Notes under the pieces: model-generated | Databases searched by the model: none | What the model saw: the letters and a program-made list of their open reading frames with translations, nothing else | What the model was told of the DNA's origin: nothing | Made by a program: the position numbers and the translations under genes | NCBI GenBank assembly: GCA_030265395.1 | Contig: JARFYF010000061.1 | Coordinates: 17,533,306-17,597,305, forward strand | Direction of reading: 5' to 3' | Length of the DNA: 64,000 nucleotides | DNA from: Rhina ancylostomus | Taxonomy: Eukaryota | Shown here: positions 12,269 to 22,920 of the stretch, one piece after another | Numbering within the stretch: the first letter of the stretch is position 1 | Layout: each line of letters starts with the position of its first letter

Positions 12269-13149
12269 GTGCAAGAGTGATGAGCAACGTGCATACAGAG
12301 TCTACTTATTGAAGGAGGTTCTTATTTGCCACATGCAATAGTCTTCAACTGTGGCAAAAAAGCAGGGGCAGAACTGCTTTGTCAATGGCAGTAAAGCTCA
12401 TGTGGTGATAAACTTACGTTCCAGAAGTTTCTTCCAGACTGATGCTGGAATTGTTCCACAATTTGCAGCACACTGCTTGAGGGAAGTAAATAGAAGCTGT
12501 CAGATCCAGGAGATCTGTAATAATCTCTTCCTCCTTGAAGCAGACAAAGAGAATGTACATTAACTTCCCATTGGTCTAAGGGCCCAATCACCTTGGGGAC
12601 AAACGAATTCACTTCATGAGTGTACAGCTGGTCTGCGATAAATGCCTGATACTTGGGAAGTAGTCATGACTTGTTCCTGGTTCAATCCATCATTTCTGCT
12701 ACTTTTGATTCACCATATCAAATCAAAGAGTGGTTACTGGGGAACAAGGAATGACTGTTGAGTACCCATCCAAAACCAACAACTGAAGATTCATGCTGCC
12801 AACTGGAATATGATGGATCAAACAATTAGAATCCAGAAGCAATATACCCACTGTCATGAATGTTTTAAGGGTGCCTTCCAGTATAGTGAAGGGTAGCTGT
12901 CAGCTTGTTGCTGCCTTTTACATTTTGCACATTCTTACAGCAAGGCTTCAATATAGCATGCACACCAGAACAGAATCAGTCAAAAGACCATCTCCAACAA
13001 GGTAGGGTCTAACTGATGCCTGTTGACATTTAATGGCAGTGACTTTGCTAAATTACCACAATTAATAACCTGAGGGTTGCAATTAAGCAGTAGAATAGTC
13101 AACAGTAAACCCTATTATTGGCCATCAGATGCATTAGTGTCAGAAGCAA

Positions 13150-13302
13150 CTTGCCTACGAGAGGAGGTCAGGTCAGCTGGACCTAGCTCCTGGCTCTCCC
13201 AAGCCATTGCACCATCTACATGTCAGAAATATGAGACTTCTCCACTTGCCTGGATGAGTGCAACACCAACAACACTCGAGGAACTTGATATCTTCCTAAA
13301 CA
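13150..13302 (+). mobile_element. CR1-Zenon-like LINE, post-RT fragment
   Basis: Encodes SPLAWMSATPTTLEELDI, homologous to MMEFSPPAWMNVA in the 43244-44423 copy. Confidence 0.65.
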
Positions 13303-13979
13303 AAACTAGAAATAGATTCATAGAGCCAAGAACTGCAGCTCAATAATTCTTATGATCCTTTAAAACTCAGATTTCTGGATTGTAGTGAAACCTTCCCAGC
13401 CTCTATGAATGTTGAATTGGAAAAATAATGCCAGCAATCGGCTTCCACCTCAACAAATCATGTGCCCCGCTCCCACTCCCCCCACCAGTAATTATTGTTG
13501 CTGCCATAGATTATGTGCTGTCTTCTTCTGCAGGGGAGAGAATGAGTGTGTTTTGTGTGGTATTCACTCTCTGGTAAAGCTGTGGGATGTAGTCGAGAAG
13601 CCTGAAGTTGTGTTAATTTTTTAAAAATAAAAATTAAATATTTGAAGTTTTTAATTTTTTAATTTATTGATTTTTAAAATAAAACATAATTTTTTTAAAA
13701 AAGTTGAGGGTGTAGTGGAACTATGAATGTTAAGTCCGAACCATGAGTGGTGGGCATTGTTGGTCAGTGAGTGGTGGGGTGTATTATATTAGATGTTGTG
13801 TGTAGCCAGTGGAGTAGTTAGTAGAAAATGAGACTGTCTGTGCTGGCCATCAAGTACGTTAATATNNNNNNNNNNNNNNNNNNNNNNNNNNNNNNNNNNN
13901 NNNNNNNNNNNNNNNNNNNNNNNNNNNNNNNNNNNNNNNNNNNNNNNNNNNNNNNNNNNNNNNNNTTAGATTTATGTTA

Positions 13980-14160
13980 AAGCATTTGGCCTGTAGCCTT
14001 CTATGCCAAAGCATTTCAAGTACTCATCTAAATAGTTCTTAAATGTTGTAAAGATACCTGCCTCTACCACCTCCTCAGATAACACACTTCAGATATAAGC
14101 CACCTTCTGGGTGATAAAATTCTTCCTCGAGTTTCCTCTAAATCTCCTACTCCATACTTT
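13980..14160 (-). mobile_element. CR1 LINE 3' fragment
   Basis: gcatttggcctgtagcc...cttaaatgttgta...acctgcctctaccacctcctc...aaattcttcctc is typical of an antisense CR1 3' end. Confidence 0.7.
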
Positions 14161-14784
14161 GCACTACATCCATGGCTTAGGGCCTGATTCTCCCATTAGC
14201 CTTGATTGCTACCTCTTTCCATGTCCGCTTGGCACTCTGCAGAACCAGCTTCCTGTCCCCATGTGGTTACAGGACTTCCCCACATCTCATCATGCCAGGG
14301 AAAGTTTCTAGACAAATAATCAGGTGTATGTAGGAGCGGACTTTAATTCTGTCCTAGAAGAATTGCACTCCTGGGATCAGGAATGATCTGTAAGTGTGAC
14401 CTTACTGCAGTCTCCCATGTTTTGAAAGAAAAAAATATCACAGTCCCAGAATAATACACTGCTAACATGGGAGTTGAGTTCTCATTGAAATGTTCCTGTA
14501 TACCGTTCAAATATATTTTGTATATCGTCAAACTACAGATTGAAGCATGGAATTTTTTGTATTCTTCTGCTGTTTCTGCAAAGCAGTGTATGCTTGCTCT
14601 ATGCTTCAAAGCTGGAAGTTATTTGAAATAAAATTTGACAGATCAACAGCATGCATGAATTTGTGCTTAGGGAGGATTGATTCAGATTCAAGATGAGATA
14701 GATAGAACACATCTTCATTAGTTTTCTGAACATAAGGTTCAGTTTGCCTCCCAGAGCCCTATAATTTTAATAGGAAGATGAGAA

Positions 14785-14990
14785 ATTAATAAGTGCCTTT
14801 CATAATCTCAGGATAATCTAAAGCGCTCTATACCCAATGGAAGTCTGCAGTCACTATTCCAATGAAGAAAAAGATGGCAGTCAATATTTACACCGAAAGG
14901 CAACATGAACAGCAGAGAAATAATGATCAGGTAATCTGATTTTTCATGATGTTGATTGAAGATTGATTGGTGACCTGGACACTGAGAGGC
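14785..14990 (-). mobile_element. Deu-domain SINE fragment
   Basis: gtgcctttcataatctcagga...aaagcgct...taatgatcaggtaatctg...gatgttgattga...ggacactg. Confidence 0.7.
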
Positions 14991-14999
14991 TATCCTTGT

Positions 15000-15320
15000 G
15001 AGCAGTTATTTTACTGGATTAGTGCCCCAGAACTTCAGATAGAAATAATCTGAAGAATATGGTTTCAAATTGTACAATTTATATTCAAATCTCATTAAAA
15101 TAAATGTGGAAATAAATAAAATGGCTGGAAAATCTAGTATAAATCTCATAGGTTGTCATAAACTATTAAGCTCCAGTAAAAGAAATTATGCCAGTTTTAC
15201 TCACTCTGCTTCAGGTAGTGTTTCAGTCCCACTTGAGAAAGGTTGAATTGTAACCACCCTCTGAACTAGCTTGGGAAGGCACCCAGATTAAGGTCCCAGC
15301 AATGTCCACATCTTCACAAC
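15000..15320 (+). mobile_element. tRNA-headed SINE (partner of the Zenon-like LINE), decayed
   Basis: Head ttactggattagt, body ggttgaattgtaaccaccctctgaa, tail ccagcaatgtccacatc; colinear with 59900-60305. Confidence 0.55.
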
Positions 15321-17099
15321 TTTTTCTTTAAAAATGCCACAAGTTACTAAGCTATCCTGAAATGGGTTATTGTGAGAAGTACTACAAACAAGCCGGACAT
15401 CTACCACTTAATTCATGCCAACGCTTGGCTCACATGTTTAAGTTCTAAGATGACCTTCGAAGTTTCTCATCTCTCTGATGAAATATTTTAATTCATTATA
15501 CGGTCCAACAGTCAGGACAAAGAACAATTACTTATTTTGCAATTTTATGCCTAGTTAGAGCACATTTTCCTCCAGAATATTTAAAGTAACAAACCACCTA
15601 ATTGTGTGGCAAGCCAGTCAATCAAAACACCCTCTTAGCGGAAGGCTCATATTACAACAAGAAGCCCACTGAAGTGGGAGGAGGAGGAGAGAGGAAAAAT
15701 GATACAAATACTCAACTTTCTGCGTGTTGCATGGTAACTCATGCACATCCAATACAGCAGGAAAGACTGCTTATGTTTTGATCAGTATTGAATCCCCCCC
15801 ACCATGTAAATAACTAACCTGGTGTACAACAGTAAACACTTCTGGATTTGAAGTGAGTTCCTTTGGATTGTGTTTTGTTGCTACTTTAATTCGAACAGTT
15901 TCTTCAAAGTGGGTTCTTATTAAATTGGTAGATCCAGAAATTTTTGGAGCGATTTTTCCATTGAAATAATTGCAATTAAGTTTCAAAATTAAGCATAGTA
16001 TATCACTGAAAGACAAACGCACCTTTTTCCTTTGCCATATTGAAATGCATGTATAGTAGTTGACAGCCATATATACAGACACACCACGAATCATCAGTTT
16101 TATGATTTTCTGTACTTTATTCTTAGTGATGAGTGAATAACTTTTTAATTGATTTTGTGTAACAGGTGTGAAGTTAACTTGTTCAATATTGACCTTGTAT
16201 GATAATTAATACAGTCATTATTAACTATATTTCTCAGACTGCATACTGTACAATTTAAGTAATTTTATGTTATCATCAGGCGGTTATACTTCAGGCCATA
16301 AACTAAAGTCTATATGGAGATAATGCACAATATGTTTCCTACTTAAGGAGAATGCCCTCTCTGGAGATTTGCTCAATGTATTTAACTTTAAATGCAGCAG
16401 GGAATCTATATTTAAAAGTCTGATGAAACAAACAAAGTTTATTTTGCAGTAAAATGCATGTTGGTTTGTATTAAGGCAGTTTGACCAACTGTATTTTAAG
16501 ATTTGTCAAATGCAGCAGTTACTGCTGCTGCTAAATTTAAATAAAGTCATATTTGATAAAACAATGCAAATGTAGATTTGATGCAGTGAAGTTAAAGTTT
16601 TCATAAACTTGGTCCTTCCACAGGTCCAGTTTGCATAACATTGCAGCTCATACACAACCTAACATGAAATAGGAACCCTGCATACTCAAATTATACCGGT
16701 ATGTGCAAAATGAGATCAACTTACTCTAAAACACCAACACTACAATGCCAAACAGTAGTTAAGTTGAACTATATTTCCATTGCACTGAGTAAGGTTAGTA
16801 AACTAGTAATAGTTAGTATAAAAAAAAGCATATTTTACTTTCCACATTAATCTCATTTTTCATAATGTAGTTTGAAGAATAATTGTTGGATCAGATACAG
16901 AGAGGTTACCATTATGGATACAATAATGTAGTAGTCATTTTACTGGATTCCTGGATAAAAAATAAATCCAAGAACATGAATTTAAATCCCACAATTTATA
17001 TATAAATTCAGTTAACTATAAATTGGAGGAATCAAAAGAGGGAATAGGTGCTTCAAGTACTAGGTTAAAATCTAAAATTTGAGTCTTTGGGACCAACAC

Positions 17100-17730
17100 A
17101 GAATTTTAAAGTTGATGACAAAGTAGGTAGCTTAGTTTCAAATAAGCCGAAGTTTACAAAGGGTGAAGCATGGAAGGATGTCATGAAGCACAATGGGGGT
17201 AACTAAATTACGACATGAAAAAGGCACCTACAAGAACTGTGGCAACAGTTAGTTGAGTTAAGCATGGAAGTGTGCAATAATTATGGGGTGGACAAAGACA
17301 TTGTAATAGGTGATTAGAAGCACACAGTGGATCAACCTCAAGCAGTTACCAGGTGTGAAGGTAGATAGCTTTAAGAATTTATCAAGAGGATCAAAGACAA
17401 TGATGCTAGCTTTCCTAATGATTAACATAGGGAGTTATGGTTCATCAAAGACCAAATTCTGTAGTGGCAGTGGAGTGAGAGAACAGCATGTCATTCAGCA
17501 TTTATGATGAAGCTGTGATTATTTATCTCAAGAAGATGTCATATAGATGAGGAGTGGAATATGAATGGATACTTGGCAAATACTGAAGGTAACTGAGTGG
17601 AGGAAAAGGATTGCTGAAAATCCTCTGGCTATGATCAGGTAAAAACAACATTGAGCAAGAAAAGCTTTGGAGGAATATCAGATAATCAGAGATTGCACAA
17701 CAACCAAGAAGAGTTGATGCCCGTGATCAT
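17100..17730 (-). mobile_element. L2 LINE RT-region fragment (very decayed)
   Basis: Minus-strand LIIRKASIIVFDP resembles L2 LN.GKTE.IVFG; a YADD-like remnant lies near 17490. Confidence 0.4.
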
Positions 17731-17760
17731 AATTTAATCAAATGTCTTTCTTGATCTTAG

Positions 17761-17920
17761 ACACATAGAGAAATACAGCACTGAAACAGGCCCTTTGGCC
17801 CAACTTATCCATGCCGACCAAGATGCCGATCTAAGCTAGTCCCACTTACTGGCATTTGGCCCATATCCCGCTAAACCTTTTCTGTACATGTGCCTGTCCA
17901 AATGTCCTTTAAATGCTGTT
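17761..17920 (-). mobile_element. CR1 LINE 3' end (runs into gap)
   Basis: tacagcactgaaacaggccctttggcccaac...gcatttggcccatatccc...aaatgtcctttaaatg; reverse complement of the CR1 tails at 28940, 50030 and 60361. Confidence 0.85.
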
Positions 17921-18234
17921 NNNNNNNNNNNNNNNNNNNNNNNNNNNNNNNNNNNNNNNNNNNNNNNNNNNNNNNNNNNNNNNNNNNNNNNNNNNNNNNN
18001 NNNNNNNNNNNNNNNNNNNNNNNNNNNNNNNNNNNNNNNNNNNNNNNNNNNNNNNNNNNNNNNNNNNNNNNNNNNNNNNNNNNNNNNNNNNNNNNNNNNN
18101 NNNNNNNNNNNNNNNNNNNNNNNNNNNNNNNNNNNNNNNNNNNNNNNNNNNNNNNNNNNNNNNNNNNNNNNNNNNNNNNNNNNNNNNNNNNNNNNNNNNN
18201 NNNNNNNNNATATTTATGCTCAATTGAACAAAGA

Positions 18235-18358
18235 TGCATTTTTGACAATGCAGCAAACCCCCTGAGCACTGAAGTTTTGGCCAAGATTACACGTTTATGT
18301 TCTGGAGTGGTTCTTGAACCTGTGACCTTTTGTCTTGGAGAGTACTACCACTGAGCCA
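18235..18358 (-). mobile_element. tRNA-derived 5' head of a Deu-domain SINE
   Basis: Reverse complement reads tggctcagtggtag (A box) ... aggttcaagaacc (B box-like) ... taatcttggc; homologous to 58740-58835. Confidence 0.55.
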
Positions 18359-19604
18359 AACAGGCACCTGTTATAACAGTGAAAGCTAGAAGATGGACAA
18401 TTTCATTCAGTTCACCTTGAGTAAAGTTGCAGAAGATTCACTCAAAATCTAAATGCATTTGCAAAAAATACATCTAGTAATCCAGAATTAAGCACATTAG
18501 GTTTGTTTGCTTTTAGCACTGCACAAGTTTACATGATGCTTTTTAAGCTCTTCACCCACCTTTCAGCCATCTGGTTCAATCACAGACAATGAATATTGAT
18601 CTTGCCAGTGATGGGAATGAATAAAAATACTCTGTTCCAAAGACAGGAAAATATTCCACAAAGACCCATAGAATAACTCTGGTGAGGGTTAATGTGGAGA
18701 AAAGTCCTTAAGAATGAATTGTAAATGATATTCATCAATAACCAAGCTAATTTTCTGAGGAGTTTTTTTAGTATTGAAATGCAAAATACCAAAAACAAAT
18801 GCAGAACTGATACTTCAAATGATCAAATGCCCATACATTTGTGTTTCTGTTGAAACCTGCTATATTTGCCTTGATATTTGAAATGCTTAATGTGTACTTT
18901 AATGAAAATTTTACTCTGTCAGCACCTCCATTAAAACAGCAGTCAGAGAAATGTCATATTAAGCATCTGTACACTTCAATTCCATGATCAATTTTCATCA
19001 TCCTTTGTTTCTCCTTTCACATTAATTTTGGTTGACATTATTTACTGAAGCCACTCACTATCCTGTGAAGTTGATTGCCCACAGGTTGTATGAAGTTGCA
19101 TCATTAAAGTTAGAATAACAAGACAGTTCACAGTTGGGATCACCAAGCACAGGGAGTGCATCATGGGAAATTGTGAGTACCTTCCCCTGATTTCCCACCC
19201 CATTAAAATTAATGACTGTAAAGTCATAGACTTTGCACCATGATGTGGGAAAGCAGAGAAAGTATTCTAAAATTATGAATAAATAAAGCTAAACATAATA
19301 ATTAGTTTGGTTTAGAGGACTTTGAGTGTTTGGAACAGAACTCTGGAGAGCATAGAGACTTATCCTGCTTGAAGAAATATTAATATTTTTGTCTCACATA
19401 AATCTTCTTCAATAGAAGAGGGAAGTCTATTACTGTTGTTGAAACTGAGAGGCAATCTGAAAATACACAATGGATCCATCAGCATCAGAAGAGGCCAAAA
19501 GACTTATCATCAATGTGTGTCAATTCGTTGGAGATCATCTCATGATGATGGCTGGGGAACTGGTTAGCTAAATCAAACTGTAATATAAACTGAGTATAAC
19601 AAAC

Positions 19605-20178
19605 AGTAACCATCTTCTTTGGGGAAAGAAGTCTGTCATCCTTATCTAATCTGGTCTGTAAGTGACTGCAGAATCACATTAACTGGTTAGCTCTTATCTG
19701 CCCTCTGAAATGGTATACAAGCCATTCAATTCATTGGCCAATTAATGATATAATATTGTTGTACAGTACAGAACAGGCCATTTGGCCCACCAAGTCTGCC
19801 CTACCATCAAGCCCACTGTTGCACTAATCGTACATTGATCCTACTTTATTCTCTCCACATTCCCATCAATCCTCCCACCACAGCCCCCACCACCCTAATT
19901 CTACCACTCACCTATGCACTAGGGGCAATTTGTAGTGACCAATTGACCTAACAAGATTCATATCCTTAGGATGTGGGAGGTAACCGGAGAACCGGGGGAA
20001 AGCCGCACAGTCACAGGGAGAGGATGCTACTTTCACACAAACAACACAAGGACCAGGATTGAACCTGGGTCACTGGAGCTATGAGGAGCCAACTCTACTT
20101 GCTGTGGCACTGTGCCATCCCAAATTAGGAATGGGAAATAAATGCCAACCTTGCCAGCTTCTGTAAATGGATAAAAAT
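19605..20178 (+). mobile_element. tRNA-headed SINE body and tail, split by a V-SINE insertion
   Basis: ctttggggaaagaagtctgtcatcctta...ctgccctctgaaatgg...ggccaatt [insertion] aattaggaatgggaaataaatgccaaccttgccagc. Confidence 0.65.
19762..20116 (-). mobile_element. V-SINE (HE1-like), near full length, CR1-type tail
   Basis: Reverse complement has a tRNA head (ggcacagtg...cccaggttcaatcctg), the V-domain (ccggttctccggttacctcccacatcc...aaattgcccctagtg) and the tail gggccaaatggcctgttctgtactgta. Confidence 0.85.
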
Positions 20179-20963
20179 TGTAAGTTGCATCTGTAGGGCT
20201 CTTTTAAAGCTTAAATACACTGATTTGAAAATGATATTCCTTTGATGTCAAGCTTATGTTTAAAAGGCAAGTCTGGAACAATAACTCTCTTAAAGATAAT
20301 GGACATTAGGATCTCCATTAAAAAAATAAGTTAAAATAGTGGCTAATGCTGGACCATATCCATTGAGAATCAGTGCAGTGCTATTAAAATCTAGTTGTCC
20401 TTGGAGTGACTAATAATATTTGTTCTCAAGACAATGTGTTTTAATGCTCCTTGCAATGTTCCAAAAGGAGCAATGCATGAGAATGACATCACTTAATGTG
20501 TCTTTGATGCAAAAATTGCATTAAACACATAATTGGGACTCCCGCCAAAATGTCTGGTCAAATTCCCAGAGTGATATGAAATGACATAGAAATGGTCATT
20601 AATTACATTTCATTTAGGAAAATGTTCACTTTTAATCATCTTGTACTGAAATAAATATTACCAAGTGACCAAACTTCTGGGCAAATACATTCTGGAGCTT
20701 CAAAATTGTATGCAATAGTATCAAAAGACACATAATGGTTTTTGAAGACCAATATTTTCTACTTCACCCTGGGGTGGGGCTGAGAGAGGTAGCCTTGAAC
20801 CTTTTGGGATGGGGCCAGGTTTCAGGGAGACATATTTAAATCTAGCAAATCTGCACTTGTACTTATTCTTTTGCATCTATTTTCAAGTGAACAGCATTGA
20901 AGAAATCAACTTGATTGAAGGGAAGCTATTTCCTTGCATGTTGTATGAACTGATGATTTGTGC

Positions 20964-20993
20964 AAAAGCTATACTGATAAAAGCTATACTGAT
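20964..20993. repeat. Perfect 15-bp tandem duplication
   Basis: aaaagctatactgat x2. Confidence 0.9.
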
Positions 20994-21070
20994 AATGAAT
21001 ACTGCTATTTGACTCATAAGTGAGGTGTTAATTATTATGGATAATTATTAAATAACTTCTTATTTTGCTT

Positions 21071-21262
21071 GAGAAACAAAGGACTGCAGATGCTGGAATC
21101 TAGATGAAAAACACTATGATCCTGGAGTAACTCATCAGGCCAGGNNNNNNNNNNNNNNNNNNNNNNNNNNNNNNNNNNNNNNNNNNNNNNNNNNNNNNNN
21201 NNNNNNNNNNNNNNNNNNNNNNNNNNNNNNNNNNNNNNNNNNNNGCTGCATTTTGGTTCTCC
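21071..21262 (-). mobile_element. Penelope-like element spanning a gap
   Basis: Terminal repeat gagaaacaaaggactgcagatgctggaatc...ctcatcaggccagg precedes the gap. After the gap, the reverse complement ggagaaccaaaatgcagc (GEPKCS) resembles the GETK segment of the GIY-YIG domain at 35540-35560. Confidence 0.7.
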
Positions 21263-21572
21263 GTGAGCTTGCTCTTGCTCAACATTGTGACACTGAACAC
21301 ATATTGTGTGCTAGGTGAGGTACCAGAGGACCAGCAGAGTGGATGGAATACTGGGAGGGTTAGGGCAGGGAGGGATGGGACACTGGGAGAAATGTGGCTC
21401 TGAGGTTACAAGTAGTGGGGGCAGTTTTGCACTGTTCAGCACTTAGAGCTTAGTCAAAAGCACAGGGATCCAAAGTGCCTTGAAAATATGGAATCGATCA
21501 CCCAACAAATTGACCAATGAATTGCCAACAAATGGTGAAGAAGTGAATTTACCTGAATATTTCAGTTAAGAT

Positions 21573-22068
21573 AATCCCTGTATCAAAGATTCGTGTGGGA
21601 GAACTGGTGTTCATTTCATGGGGCATTGACCCCAATATTGGGGAAAGAAGGGATTGTTCCATTGGTCTGTCCTGTACTCGAATGAAACTGTGTGTCCTTG
21701 TGAATTGAACAACTATGCCAGCAGATAAGATTCTGAACTAAATACTGGGAGGTGAGGATGGCTGGGTTCTGGTGAGAGAAAACATAGAAAGTGAAAAAGA
21801 AAGAACAGGACAACATTGGAGGTAGTAAAATGGGTAATGTTAACCACTGTTAGGAAGGGGGGCTCCATACAAATATAACCTTCAATCAGAGCTAGAGAAG
21901 AGAAAAATGGTGAGAAGACAAAATTGAAAGTTCTTTATCTGAATCCATGTATCATTCATAACTGCATTGATGTCTAATGGCACAAAAATAATTGGATACG
22001 GCTGAATAGCCATTACAGATACATGGTTGCAAAATGACCAAAGTTGGGAATTAAATGTTCAAGGATGG
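21573..22068 (+). mobile_element. CR1 LINE internal fragment: ORF1 SGNH-esterase C-terminus plus ORF2 endonuclease N-terminus
   Basis: IKDSCGRTGVHFMGH*PQYWGKKGLFHWSVLYSN (ORF1 esterase end), then LKVLYLNPCIIHNCID...IAITDTWLQNDQSWELNVQG (APE motifs YLNA.S and ITETWL). Confidence 0.75.
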
Positions 22069-22075
22069 AGAAAAG

Positions 22076-22399
22076 CTCAGGACCCTTCTTCAGGACTGAA
22101 GATAAGCCCAATAAATAGGAGGGAAAAGCAGAGCAGTGATAGGTGGACAAAAGAGGGGAGGCGGGGTGGGCACAAGGTGGTGATAAGTAGATGCAGGTAA
22201 GAAATAGTGATAGGCAGGTGTGGGGAAGGAGAGAAAAGCAGATCCACCGGGACATGGGTCAAAGGTAAGGAGCAAAAAAAAGGGGGCGAGAGAAAATAGA
22301 GATAGGCTAGGAGAGGGAAGGAAAGAAGATGCATGGTTAGGGGGGATGAGGGGAAGGGCTCTGGGGATTACTTGAAGTGGGAGAATTCAATGTTCATTG
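22076..22399 (-). mobile_element. Penelope-like element 3' fragment
   Basis: Reverse complement starts MNIEFSHFK* (end of the GIY-YIG ORF), has a pyrimidine-rich UTR and ends gtcctgaagaagggtcctgag (5' half of a hammerhead, CUGAnGA). Confidence 0.8.
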
Positions 22400-22790
22400 T
22401 TCTTGTGTTCTTGTGACTCTGCAGTCAACTGTGTAACTGCAGATTGACAATTACACTGAATCCGCCCTTGTCACTTTGCTGTGATATTTGGTGTCATCAC
22501 TAAGAAAAAATCCTGCTGATCACAGTTTCGCAGAATGGTGAAACACATGACCAACCTATTAACTCATTCAGTGCACACTGTGAATTTCACACCCTTTCCA
22601 ATCAGCTTGGAATATTAGTGCTGTAGTTCTGTAACTTCTGCAAACTGAACCCTGTTGTGGACAATGTTTCACTGGAATCCATCTTAAAGAGTCACCTCAC
22701 ATCTTTTGCAGATGTGTGGTCAATGGCCTGGTAACTCTGTCCCATAGTTCAAAGTTTTTTTTAAATGCATAATGCAATTGGATTTCATCT

Positions 22791-22920
22791 GGAGACACAA
22801 GAGACTGCAGATGCTGGTATCTGGAGCAAAAACAAACTGCTGGAGGAAGTCAGCAAGTTGGGCAGCATCTGTGTGGGGAGAGGGATTGTCGACATTTTTG
22901 ATGGGGACCCTGCATCAGGA
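22791..22920 (-). mobile_element. Penelope-type terminal repeat (solo)
   Basis: gagacacaagagactgcagatgctgg...ctgctggaggaagtcagc...ggcagcatctgtg...gaccctgcatcagga. Confidence 0.8.

Noticed and set aside
12290-12960. Possible RTE-type LINE remnant (LKIHAANWNM resembles an endonuclease start)
   Set aside because: Too decayed; one short motif is not enough.
17871-18354. Long ORFs in the track that span N runs (also at 4224-4589, 21100-21300, 55082-55418 and 60947-61768)
   Set aside because: Their length comes from N codons containing no stops; they are artefacts.
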